From Bacteroidales bacterium (GTDB taxonomy: Bacteria > Bacteroidota > Bacteroidia > Bacteroidales > WCHB1-69): a stretch of 64,000 nt of DNA. The DNA lies in contig JAZRYT010000179.1 in NCBI GenBank assembly GCA_045600905.1, forward strand, positions 777 through 64,776, in the 5' to 3' direction. Made by a program: the position numbers and the translations under genes. Positions within the stretch are counted from its first letter, which is position 1; each line of letters opens with the position of its first letter. Shown piece after piece: positions 47,932 to 57,061 of this stretch. Under the pieces are notes generated by a model. That model was not told where the DNA came from and did not search any database. It saw only the letters and a list, made by a program, of their open reading frames with translations.

Positions 47932-47960
47932 AAAAAAGCGGGGCTCGTTTTCCCCGCTTT
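47932..47960 (-). terminator. Intrinsic terminator after kdd
   Basis: Minus strand: AAAGCGGGG-AAAACGAG-CCCCGCTTTTTTG, located 35 nt after the stop. Confidence 0.8.
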
Positions 47961-47994
47961 CATCGTCAAAAATTATTACTATAGAGATCTAAGG

Positions 47995-49068
47995 TTATGC
48001 GTACAATTCGGTGAAGATATCGCGTAACGCTTTGCATTCGCGAAGTTCTTGCAACGTAATTTCAGCATGGCCTTTCGTATAGCCGTTACCGATAATCATG
48101 GTCACATCGCTACCAATGCCTTCTGCGCCGAGGGCGGCTTTGGTGAATGAAGTAGCCATTGAGAAGAAATAAACGATACCGGCGTCTTTTGTTACGAGGA
48201 CTGAAGGCATTTCCTGATCAGGCACATTCACACAGTTGATAGTAACGTCAGCCATTTTGCCGTTGGTAAGTTTTTCAACCAATTCGTAAATTTGAGGAGG
48301 AGTCATTCCTGCCACGCTTTCCACGATGTCACAGAAACCGAGTTCTTTGATACGGTTTGTGGATTTGGGGCTGTTAGCCAGACCTATCACCTTACCTGTC
48401 ACACCGACGCGTTTTTTAGCTTCATAGCAGCAGAGCATACCGGACTTACCACCAGCGCCGAAGATAACAACGGTTTGGCCAGATTGGCAAAGTTTTGCGG
48501 TTTGAGCGGGTGCACCAGCAACGTCCAATGCAGAAAGAGCGAGTTTTTCAGGAAGATCGGAAGGGATCTTAGCATAGATACCGCTTTCGAAGAGGATAGC
48601 CTTACCTTTGATGTCAACTTGGTCAACGTCAGGACGGATATCCAAAATTTCGTCAATGCGGAGCGGTGTAAGAGAAAGGGAAACCAAAGTAGCGATTTTG
48701 TCACCTTCTTTAAGGTCGATTTTGCCCTTCAAAGCATCACCGATTTTTTCAACTGTACCGAGGAGCATACCGCCGGAACCAGTTCTTCTGTTACGATGTT
48801 TACCTTGAAGTTCAACATTCAACAGCATTTCCTTCTTGATTTCTTCCTTCACTTGTTCTTCACTTGCGCCTTCACCAGCTTGTTGCTTAGCGTAATTGTG
48901 GATGTCCGTAAAAGAAGCGGAGTCAATATTGAGAGTTTGAACATCGATGAGAATCTCGTTATCGAAGATTTCATCCATATTGTTGTCAATCTTATTGGCC
49001 GGCTGTGGAAGAACACCTTTCGGCTCAATCACGCGGTGAGTACCGTACTTGTTACCTTTCTTTTGCAT
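47995..49068 (-). CDS. kdd: L-erythro-3,5-diaminohexanoate dehydrogenase-like
   Basis: The N-terminus KYGTHRVIEPKGVLPQPA..I.N.M....NEILIDV..LNIDSASF matches my memory of Kdd; Rossmann motif VIFGAGGKSG. ATG at 49068; the track start at 49074 is TTG. Confidence 0.6.
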   Translation of the reverse strand: MQKKGNKYGTHRVIEPKGVLPQPANKIDNNMDEIFDNEILIDVQTLNIDSASFTDIHNYAKQQAGEGASEEQVKEEIKKEMLLNVELQGKHRNRRTGSGGMLLGTVEKIGDALKGKIDLKEGDKIATLVSLSLTPLRIDEILDIRPDVDQVDIKGKAILFESGIYAKIPSDLPEKLALSALDVAGAPAQTAKLCQSGQTVVIFGAGGKSGMLCCYEAKKRVGVTGKVIGLANSPKSTNRIKELGFCDIVESVAGMTPPQIYELVEKLTNGKMADVTINCVNVPDQEMPSVLVTKDAGIVYFFSMATSFTKAALGAEGIGSDVTMIIGNGYTKGHAEITLQELRECKALRDIFTELYA

Positions 49069-49124
49069 ATACAATTGATTTTAAGAATTTTACATTAAGG
49101 CTTCACTTTTCTATGGAAGCGGCG

Positions 49125-49132
49125 CAAAAATA
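49125..49132 (-). promoter_or_regulatory. -7 box TATTTTTG upstream of kdd
   Basis: 57 nt upstream of the ATG at 49068. Confidence 0.5.
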
Positions 49133-49212
49133 GTTTTTTTTTCCAATTATCCAAAACCATTTTACGAGCATATCCTACAATTTTTTGTGATAACGGGACG
49201 AGGAACGTGGGA

Positions 49213-49268
49213 GGGTTAAGGGTGAATGATGAATGATAAAGGGTTAGTGATGAAGGGTTAGTGATGAA
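49213..49268. repeat. Heptamer array, 8 units (GGGTTAA GGGTGAA TGATGAA TGATAAA GGGTTAG TGATGAA GGGTTAG TGATGAA)
   Basis: Read directly, 14 nt downstream (minus sense) of the stop at 49282-49284. Confidence 0.9.
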
Positions 49269-49281
49269 TTCACTATTCTCG

Positions 49282-50043
49282 TTATCGTTTTCCCATAATG
49301 TAATTAGATATTTGTCGGTAAATGGTTTTCATTTCCTCGGAGGGCAACATCTGCAGATGTTTCTCCATCACGGCAGCATCTTTTCGGGCGGCCGGGCCAG
49401 TTTGAGCCATTGCAGGAGACATCCATTGCAACTTGTCCAACGTCTGCCTCATCAGGGGCAGCAGCATTTGGAAGTCCAGATTATCCGTTTTCAGAATATC
49501 ATCTGCCACATTTGCCATCGCGTTGCTGAAATTGCAGGCGAACACCGCCGCCAGATGCAGCACACCACGTTGTTCTTCGGAGATATCATACAGCTTGTCA
49601 GAGAGTTCCCGAGCCAACTGCCCGACCCTACATTTCCTTTCTCCGAGTGCATTATCTTCAATACACAAGGGGACTGTCATTTTCTCCATGTTTTCAGACT
49701 TCGTAAAGGTTTGAAGCGGATACAGCACGCCATAATTTTCCGCGTATCCTTGAAAGACATTTTGCGACACCGAGCCTGCCGTATGAAGAGCCACGGGCAG
49801 TTTGAAAGGAAGATCCGGCAATATGGCGGAATATGCGTCATCTTTGATGGAGAAGAGGTACATCTCGCAATTGGGATTGAGCTTCGACAAATCGTCTATA
49901 GCCTGCGCACCGATTTTGGAAGCCAGCGCTTGTGCGTGTTCCACGTTCCGGCTATAGACTTGTGCAATAGGAAATTCGGACGACTGGCGCAATTTTTGAG
50001 CCAGCCAATGGGCCACATTGCCCGAACCAATCAGAGCAATCAT
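49282..50043 (-). CDS. Rossmann-fold protein, DUF2520-type (putative NAD(P)-dependent oxidoreductase)
   Basis: MIALIGSGNVAHWLA (GxGxxA dinucleotide motif). The start ATG overlaps the upstream stop as TAATG. Confidence 0.6.
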   Translation of the reverse strand: MIALIGSGNVAHWLAQKLRQSSEFPIAQVYSRNVEHAQALASKIGAQAIDDLSKLNPNCEMYLFSIKDDAYSAILPDLPFKLPVALHTAGSVSQNVFQGYAENYGVLYPLQTFTKSENMEKMTVPLCIEDNALGERKCRVGQLARELSDKLYDISEEQRGVLHLAAVFACNFSNAMANVADDILKTDNLDFQMLLPLMRQTLDKLQWMSPAMAQTGPAARKDAAVMEKHLQMLPSEEMKTIYRQISNYIMGKR

Positions 50044-51707
50044 TAGTAGGTGAATTTACTGCCGCCTACAAATTCCCTCAAGATAGAAGTGCCCGGGATT
50101 TTGTCTTCGGGTATATACTTGAAGAATGAAAGGAATTTCAGCAGGCGCACAGCCTCGGCATACTCTTTGGCGGTTTCGGGAACACCTCTTAGGATATGAG
50201 TTGCGTAAGGCTTCAAAACGCCCAGTTCGAAAATCAACGACGTATTAATCATTTCATCGGCATTTTCCTGGAACGGGAAGATGTTGCGTTCCTCGCCACT
50301 GCGAACACTACTCCATCTGCTCAATGTCTCTTGGGCGGAATAGCCTCTATAATTGTAATCGCGCACCACACGGCGAATCAATCGGTTGTCCGTGGTAGGA
50401 ATCGGGTTCTGGCGGTCAATGGATATAGAGGTCAGCGCGGAAACAAAAATCTTGAATTTGACATCATCAGGGACCTGTTCCGTCAATCTCGGGTTCAAGC
50501 AATGAATACCCTCGATAACCATTACCGATTTATCATCAAGCTGGATGGTTTTGCCTTTCCATTCCTTCTTTCCCAAAGCGAAATTAAACGTGGGTATTTC
50601 CACGCTTTTGCCGGCAATCAAGTCTGACAATGTCTTATTAAATAGAGGAAGATCTACGGCTTCCACTGCTTCAAAATCGTAATTTCCGTCTTTGTCCTTG
50701 GGTGTCTGTTCTCTTTCCACGAAGAAGTCATCCACGGAAATTTGAACGGGATGATAGCCCAACACGCCGAGTTGGACGGAGAGACGCTTGCACGTCGTCG
50801 TTTTGCCGGAGCTGGACGGGCCGCTAATCAAAATCATCTTGACGGATGAGCGCTTGGATATGGCCTCTGCCACTGCGGCAATGCGTTTTTCTTGGAAGGC
50901 CTCTGCCACCAGAATCATTTCCATCACCTTGTTTTCGTCAATCAATTTGTTAACATCACTAACGTGCTTAACCCCCAGCTGTTCCGCCCAGGATTTGTTT
51001 TCCTGATATACGGAAAAAAGTTTTGGGTATTGGCGGGTCTTTGTCAGCACATCCAAATTCTTGGATGAGGGCAGTTTCAGCAACAGACCGTTTTCATATT
51101 TCTCCAAACCGAAAGTTTTCAAATAGCCTGTCGAGGGAACCATATAACTGTAATAGTAGTTGATGGTATTTTCAAGTTTATAGACCGACGTATAGATTCT
51201 ATCTCTATTTTTAAACAATTCCGATTTGTCTTCCAATCCAAATTTTTGGAATTCAGCGACAGCATCTTCCGTAAACATCGGAATTCGTTCAAACGGGACA
51301 TCCCTTTTGACCACCTCTTTCATGGCGTTCAACAGTTTGGAGACAAGGGCTTCTGAAAGCGGTTCGTCCAAGCCATCCAAAGTGCAGAAACGGCCACCGG
51401 ATATGGAGTGTTTGATGCGAAGTTTCACTTTCAAGGGCAGCACATCGTGTACGGCCTTGCAAAGCAGGAAATACAGGGAACGGATATAGAGTTCACGTCC
51501 ATACGTGGAATAATAGTCAAAAAACTCCACGACGGTAGCTTTATGCAGTCGGTATGACAAATCTCTGACATTATTATTGACCAATGCACCCAGCACTTCA
51601 TTTTCAGACCGGGTGTGGCTGAGTTCTAACAATTCTTTCAATGATGTCCCGTAGGGAACGTCTAAATGTTTATCTGTGTTTTTTAAATAGATTGAAACTG
51701 TATCCAT
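50043..51707 (-). CDS. Uridine-kinase-family nucleoside kinase with an N-terminal TGS/ThrRS-like extension
   Basis: Walker A ISGPSSSGKTTT and PRK/uridine kinase-like FDFEAVEAVDLPLFN...IEGIHCLNP. ATG at 51707, with a TATTTTTG box 22 nt upstream. Confidence 0.7.
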   Translation of the reverse strand: MDTVSIYLKNTDKHLDVPYGTSLKELLELSHTRSENEVLGALVNNNVRDLSYRLHKATVVEFFDYYSTYGRELYIRSLYFLLCKAVHDVLPLKVKLRIKHSISGGRFCTLDGLDEPLSEALVSKLLNAMKEVVKRDVPFERIPMFTEDAVAEFQKFGLEDKSELFKNRDRIYTSVYKLENTINYYYSYMVPSTGYLKTFGLEKYENGLLLKLPSSKNLDVLTKTRQYPKLFSVYQENKSWAEQLGVKHVSDVNKLIDENKVMEMILVAEAFQEKRIAAVAEAISKRSSVKMILISGPSSSGKTTTCKRLSVQLGVLGYHPVQISVDDFFVEREQTPKDKDGNYDFEAVEAVDLPLFNKTLSDLIAGKSVEIPTFNFALGKKEWKGKTIQLDDKSVMVIEGIHCLNPRLTEQVPDDVKFKIFVSALTSISIDRQNPIPTTDNRLIRRVVRDYNYRGYSAQETLSRWSSVRSGEERNIFPFQENADEMINTSLIFELGVLKPYATHILRGVPETAKEYAEAVRLLKFLSFFKYIPEDKIPGTSILREFVGGSKFTY

Positions 51708-51728
51708 AATTCTCGAATAAAAGGGCGG

Positions 51729-51736
51729 CAAAAATA
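51729..51736 (-). promoter_or_regulatory. -7 box TATTTTTG upstream of the nucleoside kinase gene
   Basis: 22 nt upstream of the ATG at 51707. Confidence 0.5.
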
Positions 51737-51820
51737 CGAAAAAAGTTTCTGGGTTCAAATTTCAAGATTCGGGTTTTACAAACTTAAAAAACCGCTTTTC
51801 TCATAAGCACATTATTTTCG

Positions 51821-51828
51821 TATTTTTG
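51821..51828 (+). promoter_or_regulatory. -7 box TATTTTTG upstream of tcdA
   Basis: 42 nt upstream of the ATG at 51870. Confidence 0.5.
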
Positions 51829-51869
51829 CAGCCTTTTGGTAAAAACATGTTCAACACCAACATTCGTCT

Positions 51870-52610
51870 ATGCAACAAAACGTTAGAACTGAGGATGACT
51901 GGCAGACACGGACTGCCCTACTGATTGGCGAAGAGGGGCTTGCGAAGCTTTCCCGTGCGCACGTGCTGCAAGTCGGTTTGGGGGGTGTGGGTGCTTATAC
52001 CGCCGAGCAGCTCTGCCGTGCCGGTGTGGGAGAGATGACCATCGTGGATGCCGACACGGTTTCCGTCAGCAATCTGAACCGACAACTTCCCGCCCTGCGC
52101 TCCACCGTTGGGAAAAGCAAAGTACAGGTGATGGCCGAGCGTCTTTTGGACATCAACCCACAACTCAAGCTGCACTGCATAGAGGAATTCATCCGTGACG
52201 AACGTACCGCCGAAATATTGGATGCCGCCCCATACAGCTGCGTTTCCGATGCCATCGACACCCTTTCGCCCAAAGTCTATCTCATCTATCAGACATTGCA
52301 GCGGAACATCAAACTCGTGTCCGTGATGGGCGCAGGCGGCAAGATGGACCCCGGAAAAATCCAAATCGCGGACATATCCAAATCCTACAACTGCCACTTG
52401 GCCAAAACCGTCCGGAAAAGGCTCTACCGAATGGGTGTCCGCTCCGGCTTCAACGTCGTCTTCTCCACGGAGCTTGTTCCCGAAGAGGCCGTCGTAATCG
52501 AGAAAGACGAATCCATCAACAAACTCTCCACCGTCGGCACCATTTCCTATATGCCCGCCGTGTTCGGCTGTTTCGCCGCCTCCGCCGTCATCCAGGAACT
52601 GCTCAAATAA
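51870..52610 (+). CDS. tcdA: tRNA threonylcarbamoyladenosine dehydratase (ThiF/MoeB-family, TcdA/CsdL-like)
   Basis: VLQVGLGGVGAYTAEQLCRAGVGEMTIVDADTVSVSNLNRQ; 246 aa. Confidence 0.75.
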   Translation: MQQNVRTEDDWQTRTALLIGEEGLAKLSRAHVLQVGLGGVGAYTAEQLCRAGVGEMTIVDADTVSVSNLNRQLPALRSTVGKSKVQVMAERLLDINPQLKLHCIEEFIRDERTAEILDAAPYSCVSDAIDTLSPKVYLIYQTLQRNIKLVSVMGAGGKMDPGKIQIADISKSYNCHLAKTVRKRLYRMGVRSGFNVVFSTELVPEEAVVIEKDESINKLSTVGTISYMPAVFGCFAASAVIQELLK

Positions 52611-52621
52611 ACGCCCTTCGA

Positions 52622-52663
52622 CTTCATTTCATCATCAAAAATCACTATTTGCTATTCATCATT
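52622..52663 (+). repeat. Degenerate heptamer array (CTTCATT TCATCAT CAAAAAT CACTATT TGCTATT CATCATT)
   Basis: Read directly, between the tcdA stop and the MBOAT ATG at 52668. Confidence 0.6.
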
Positions 52664-52667
52664 CGCT

Positions 52668-54089
52668 ATGGTCTTCAGTTCCGCAATATTCCTTTTCCTC
52701 TTTCTCCCCGTGGTACTCGTTTTGTACTACGTGCTGCCGAAAAGTTGGCGGAACGGCATCCTGTTGGCGGCCAGTCTTTTGTTTTACAGTTGGGGCGAGC
52801 CTCTCTTCATAGCCATCCTTTTAGCATCCATCACCGTTGACTTCTTCATCGCAAAGAAAATGGGATGCGCGGAAAACCACACACGCAGAATATGGCTGGC
52901 CGTTTCCCTATTCGTCAACCTAGCGCTGCTCGCCTATTTCAAATACGCGAACTTCTTCATTGACAACGTTCAACATCTATACAGCCTTTTGGGATTAAAG
53001 CCCTTTTCGTGGCATACCGTCGCCCTGCCCATCGGCATCTCCTTTGTCACATTCCAAAAAATATCCTATATGGTGGATGTCTATCGCAACAACCACGAAC
53101 CTCAACGCCGCTGGGATCATCTTGCCCTGTACATCCTGATGTTTCCCCAACTCATCGCCGGCCCGATTATCCGCTACAAGGAGATTGCCGACCAGCTCAC
53201 AGACAGAAGCAACAACGACGCCATCGAGGACAGGCTTAACGGACTTTTCCGCTTTTTCATCGGCCTTTCCAAAAAGGTTCTAATTGCCAACGTATTGGCA
53301 CAGCAAGTGGATGCCATCTTTGCCACCTCGCCCGGCGAGCTTTCCTCCGGTTCCGCTTGGATAGGGATAATTGCCTACACTCTGCAGATTTATTTTGACT
53401 TTTCCGGCTACTCCGATATGGCGTTGGGGTTGGGTCGGATGTTCGGATTCCGATTCCCTGAGAATTTCAACTTCCCATACATCTCCCAAAGTTTTACGGA
53501 ATTCTGGCGTCGCTGGCACATCACTTTGGGCAATTGGATGAAGGACTACCTCTACATTCCTCTTGGCGGAAACCGCATCAACAAACGGCGCACGCTGTTG
53601 AACCTATTCATCGTCTTCCTTCTTTCCGGCTTATGGCACGGTGCCGCGTGGACGTTCGTGGTCTGGGGTCTCTATCACAGCCTTTTCCTCGTTTTGGACA
53701 AACTCGGACTTCAAAAACTACTAGCAAAATCCGGCAGGATTCCCGCCACCCTTCTGACTTTCCTCTTCGTGATGATCGGATGGGTGATCTTCCGCGCCGA
53801 CTCCCTACCCTACGCTTTCAACTACATCGCACGACTCTTCTCCTTCACATCCTGCCAGGACTTCATCCTCCTCGACACAAGATTCATCGTTATTCTCCTC
53901 ATAGCCATTTTGGCAGCATTCTCCGGCATCTTTTCCTCCATTGAAAGATATGCCAACTCCCTATTCGAGCACTCCCACACCAACCTTCGTTGGACGCTTA
54001 TCACCACACTCGTACTCCTACTCTACATTCTCAATGGCTCCGCCCTACTCGCCGGCGGACTAAATCCGTTTATATACTTTAGGTTTTAG
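52668..54089 (+). CDS. MBOAT family O-acyltransferase (AlgI/DltB-like)
   Basis: Polytopic; FSSAIFLFLFLPVVL...; FWRRWHITLGNWMKDYLYIPLGGNR; conserved His region SGLWHGAAWTFVVWG. Confidence 0.85.
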   Translation: MVFSSAIFLFLFLPVVLVLYYVLPKSWRNGILLAASLLFYSWGEPLFIAILLASITVDFFIAKKMGCAENHTRRIWLAVSLFVNLALLAYFKYANFFIDNVQHLYSLLGLKPFSWHTVALPIGISFVTFQKISYMVDVYRNNHEPQRRWDHLALYILMFPQLIAGPIIRYKEIADQLTDRSNNDAIEDRLNGLFRFFIGLSKKVLIANVLAQQVDAIFATSPGELSSGSAWIGIIAYTLQIYFDFSGYSDMALGLGRMFGFRFPENFNFPYISQSFTEFWRRWHITLGNWMKDYLYIPLGGNRINKRRTLLNLFIVFLLSGLWHGAAWTFVVWGLYHSLFLVLDKLGLQKLLAKSGRIPATLLTFLFVMIGWVIFRADSLPYAFNYIARLFSFTSCQDFILLDTRFIVILLIAILAAFSGIFSSIERYANSLFEHSHTNLRWTLITTLVLLLYILNGSALLAGGLNPFIYFRF

Positions 54090-54094
54090 GAGCT

Positions 54095-54115
54095 GGTTTC
54101 AGGTTTCAAGTTTCA
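54095..54115 (+). repeat. Heptamer array GGTTTCA GGTTTCA AGTTTCA
   Basis: It starts 6 nt after the TAG at 54087-54089. It has the same layout as 102-129 with one base changed per unit. Confidence 0.85.
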
Positions 54116-54132
54116 AGTATAATAGCGTTTCC

Positions 54133-54160
54133 TTAATCATTAATCATTCATCATTAACCA
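54133..54160 (+). repeat. Heptamer array TTAATCA TTAATCA TTCATCA TTAACCA
   Basis: Read directly. It ends 3 nt before the ATG at 54164. Confidence 0.85.
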
Positions 54161-54163
54161 TTT

Positions 54164-55270
54164 ATGAAGTTTCCCCGTTTCCTCTTCGTCTTCTTGCTCA
54201 TCGTCTTGTTGGTTCCAGGAATATTGATGTTCGTTCCTGAGACCAGAGGAGGTGCGTTGTTCGGCGTTCAGGAAACCGTTCTCAAGAGGAAATCCGCATT
54301 CTCCATTATTTTCGGGAATCGGAATGTTTATGAGTCGATGGCGAAACAGCGTGTCGGATTCTGCAATCACGGGGTCAGACTTTATAACGAGCTCAACTAT
54401 AGACTTTTCCATTACTCCTCCGCACCAAAATTAATATTAGGTAAAGAAGACTGTTTTTACGAAAATCTCTACCTTGACGAATATATGGGGAAAGACTTTA
54501 TAGGAGAGGACTTCATTCGCAATAAAGTTATACTTTTCAAGCATTTACAGGATTCGTTACACCGACAGGGCACCGAATTACTGCTCATCTTGGAACCGGG
54601 GAAGGCACGTTTCGAGCCTGAGTTTCTGCCCAACGGATGCAAGAAAGGCGAGCACACCAATTTCGACCGATTCCTCTTTTACTGTAAGAAATACAACGTC
54701 AAGATGCTGGACCTCAACAGTTATTTTTGTTCGATTAAGAAGCAGTCCGAGCATCCGCTATATAGCAAGCACGGCATCCATTGGACGACGTTTGGGTTAT
54801 GGACAGCCGCTGATACATTGCAAAAGTACATTGAGCAGCAATGTCGCGTCCAACTACCGGCCTTCAAGCATATCGGAGATTCCATTTCCGACCAGAACAA
54901 AGATTTGGACTTCGACTTGGAGCCGCCGATGAATCTTCTTACCCAACTCCAGCACGAGAAATTATGCTTCCCCATTATGCAGCCAGTGGAATTTCCGAGC
55001 ACCAAGATGAAAGCACTCATCATCGCCGACAGTTACACGTGGGGACTTTGGGACAGAGGCATTCTAACGCATTGGTTCGCGGAGCCGGAATTTTGGTACT
55101 ACTACAATACCGTCTATCCGGACATTTGGGAGCCGAATGTCATCTTTGCGGACAAACGCCATATCTCGAAAAAAGTTTCCGACAAGGATGTTGTTTTACT
55201 TATGATAACGGATGCCAACCTTCGAGATTTCGGTTGGGGTTTTCTTGAAGATCTTACCAAAACCAACTAG
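54164..55270 (+). CDS. Membrane-anchored AlgJ/AlgX-like (SGNH-like) accessory protein of the MBOAT
   Basis: N-terminal TM; the motif KHGIHWT resembles the D.HW motif of AlgJ/AlgX-type acyl-transfer proteins; located immediately downstream of the MBOAT gene. Confidence 0.45.
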   Translation: MKFPRFLFVFLLIVLLVPGILMFVPETRGGALFGVQETVLKRKSAFSIIFGNRNVYESMAKQRVGFCNHGVRLYNELNYRLFHYSSAPKLILGKEDCFYENLYLDEYMGKDFIGEDFIRNKVILFKHLQDSLHRQGTELLLILEPGKARFEPEFLPNGCKKGEHTNFDRFLFYCKKYNVKMLDLNSYFCSIKKQSEHPLYSKHGIHWTTFGLWTAADTLQKYIEQQCRVQLPAFKHIGDSISDQNKDLDFDLEPPMNLLTQLQHEKLCFPIMQPVEFPSTKMKALIIADSYTWGLWDRGILTHWFAEPEFWYYYNTVYPDIWEPNVIFADKRHISKKVSDKDVVLLMITDANLRDFGWGFLEDLTKTN

Positions 55271-55275
55271 TCCTT

Positions 55276-56235
55276 ATGTCCTCCACACACCGCGTCATTC
55301 CTATTTTCATTCCTGAAAAAGCCTGTCCCTACCGTTGCATATACTGCAACCAATTTGCGATAGCCGGACAAGCCAAGATTCCCACTGTGGCAGAAGCCAG
55401 CCGGGGCATCGAGCAATATTTGTCCACGATGCCCGCCGATGTGGACAAGCGCATCGCCTTTTTCGGGGGCAGTTTCACCGGAATGTCGATTGAGGAGCAG
55501 AACTGCTATTTGGACATTGCGCAGCCCTATCTGGAGCAGGGCCTCGTTTCGGGCATCCAGCTATCGACCCGTCCAGATTACATCTCGCAGGAGATTTTGG
55601 ACAACTTACAAGCGCACGGGGTAACCCTCATAGAGTTGGGAGCCCAATCGTTAAACGACGACGTGCTGCGCAAAGCCGGGCGCGGGCATACGGTGCGGCA
55701 GGTGGAGGAGGCCTCCTCGCTGATTATCCGCAACGGATTTCAATTGGGGTTGCAGATGATGATCGGCCTACCCGACGACACTTTGGAAAAATCACTGCAA
55801 ACGGCGAACCTCATCCACAGATTCGGGGCGTGCTGCACGCGGATCTACCCCACCCTGGTGGTTCAAGACACCGTCTTGGCCAAACTTTACGAAAAAGGCA
55901 AATACACACCGTTAACCATTGAGATGGCGGTAGAATGGACAAAACAACTCTATCAATTTTTCACCGCGCACAACATCCAGATTCTGCGCATTGGACTTCA
56001 TCCCTCCGAAGGACTTTTATCCGGCAAAGACTATCTGGCAGGTCCTTTTCACGTCTCCTTCAAAGAGTTGGTACTCACATCCATCTGGCACGACAAAATA
56101 GAGGCTTTGGTCAAGCAACACGACGGTGAGCCTTTCACCCTTGAAGTACCCGCCGCAGAAATCAATTACGCAGTCGGATACCAGTCTGCCAATCGGAAAG
56201 CATTTCCCAACGTAAACATCCGCCTCAAAGCATAA
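55276..56235 (+). CDS. Radical SAM protein (ELP3-N-terminal-like)
   Basis: CPYRCIYC (CxxxCxxC) near the N-terminus; FFGGSFT; TIM-barrel-like length of 319 aa. The start is 5 nt after the upstream stop. Confidence 0.75.
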   Translation: MSSTHRVIPIFIPEKACPYRCIYCNQFAIAGQAKIPTVAEASRGIEQYLSTMPADVDKRIAFFGGSFTGMSIEEQNCYLDIAQPYLEQGLVSGIQLSTRPDYISQEILDNLQAHGVTLIELGAQSLNDDVLRKAGRGHTVRQVEEASSLIIRNGFQLGLQMMIGLPDDTLEKSLQTANLIHRFGACCTRIYPTLVVQDTVLAKLYEKGKYTPLTIEMAVEWTKQLYQFFTAHNIQILRIGLHPSEGLLSGKDYLAGPFHVSFKELVLTSIWHDKIEALVKQHDGEPFTLEVPAAEINYAVGYQSANRKAFPNVNIRLKA

Positions 56236-56299
56236 GCTTCCAAAACTGTTTCCATTGTCATCAGACCAACTTTAGGACAAGTGCAGAAACCTTCGTCCA

Positions 56300-56974
56300 T
56301 TATTGCACCAGGCTTCGGATAAAAATCATCATAAGTGCAAACCATAAAACGACAATAATGATCAACAGGAGCTTTGATTTATTCTCGTTGTTTCTTTTCG
56401 CAACGGACATCCTAGGTATAAAGCGGTCACCCGGTCCGAAAACCAATTCGAGTCGGGAATATTGATCTTTGTTTGATCTGACGGCCACTCCCTTTTGTTT
56501 CAGAAATCTACATAGGTACAAATAGTTCATTCGGGTGTTTTTACGTGCCGAGCAATTTCTCACGGGGGCATCGCAACATCTTCTGACATATATCTTGAGC
56601 CTCGGCGAACCTGTTTTCAGATAAAATCTCATACGGTCCACACCCCGCGCCTCGGGGAAAAAGGTAATGTTCTCCAAATTTTCGTATTCAATACGAATAG
56701 TTCGTTTAAAAGGGCGCAAAGGAAAGTAAATCTCCATATAATCCTCATAAAACAGTGGAACTTTAAGAACACATATCCATAACAAGACAGATAGTACGAC
56801 AAACGGGAACCAGAACCAAAAGAAAGCGATTTCTTTATCACTATTCAAAACGATTATGAGGGAAAAGACAGTAAACAAAAAATACAAGGCAAAATTCCAT
56901 TCCGCCACGTATTCCACGCACAATGCAGTCCTGTATCTGTAATCCTTTTTTTTGAGTTTTGTCTTTGCAGTCAT
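56300..56974 (-). CDS. Hypothetical membrane protein
   Basis: 224 aa with three hydrophobic segments. No family recognised. Confidence 0.45.
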   Translation of the reverse strand: MTAKTKLKKKDYRYRTALCVEYVAEWNFALYFLFTVFSLIIVLNSDKEIAFFWFWFPFVVLSVLLWICVLKVPLFYEDYMEIYFPLRPFKRTIRIEYENLENITFFPEARGVDRMRFYLKTGSPRLKIYVRRCCDAPVRNCSARKNTRMNYLYLCRFLKQKGVAVRSNKDQYSRLELVFGPGDRFIPRMSVAKRNNENKSKLLLIIIVVLWFALMMIFIRSLVQ

Positions 56975-57011
56975 CAGCCATTCAAATTAGGATGCAAAGA
57001 TACTAAAAATG

Positions 57012-57041
57012 AAAAAGGCGCGATTCACATCGCGCCCTTTT
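57012..57041 (-). terminator. Intrinsic terminator after the 'GCDS'-repeat giant gene
   Basis: Minus strand: GGCGCGAT-GTGA-ATCGCGCC followed by TTTTTCATTTTT, about 25 nt after the stop. Confidence 0.75.
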
Positions 57042-57061
57042 CACACTATTATTTACCCTTT

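Noticed and set aside
48292-50046. Plus-strand ORFs of 268 aa (48292-49098) and 261 aa (49261-50046)
   Set aside because: They lie opposite the kdd-like and DUF2520-like frames, which carry Rossmann GxGxxG/A motifs and sensible starts, promoters and terminators. The plus-strand translations are Arg/His-rich with no motifs.
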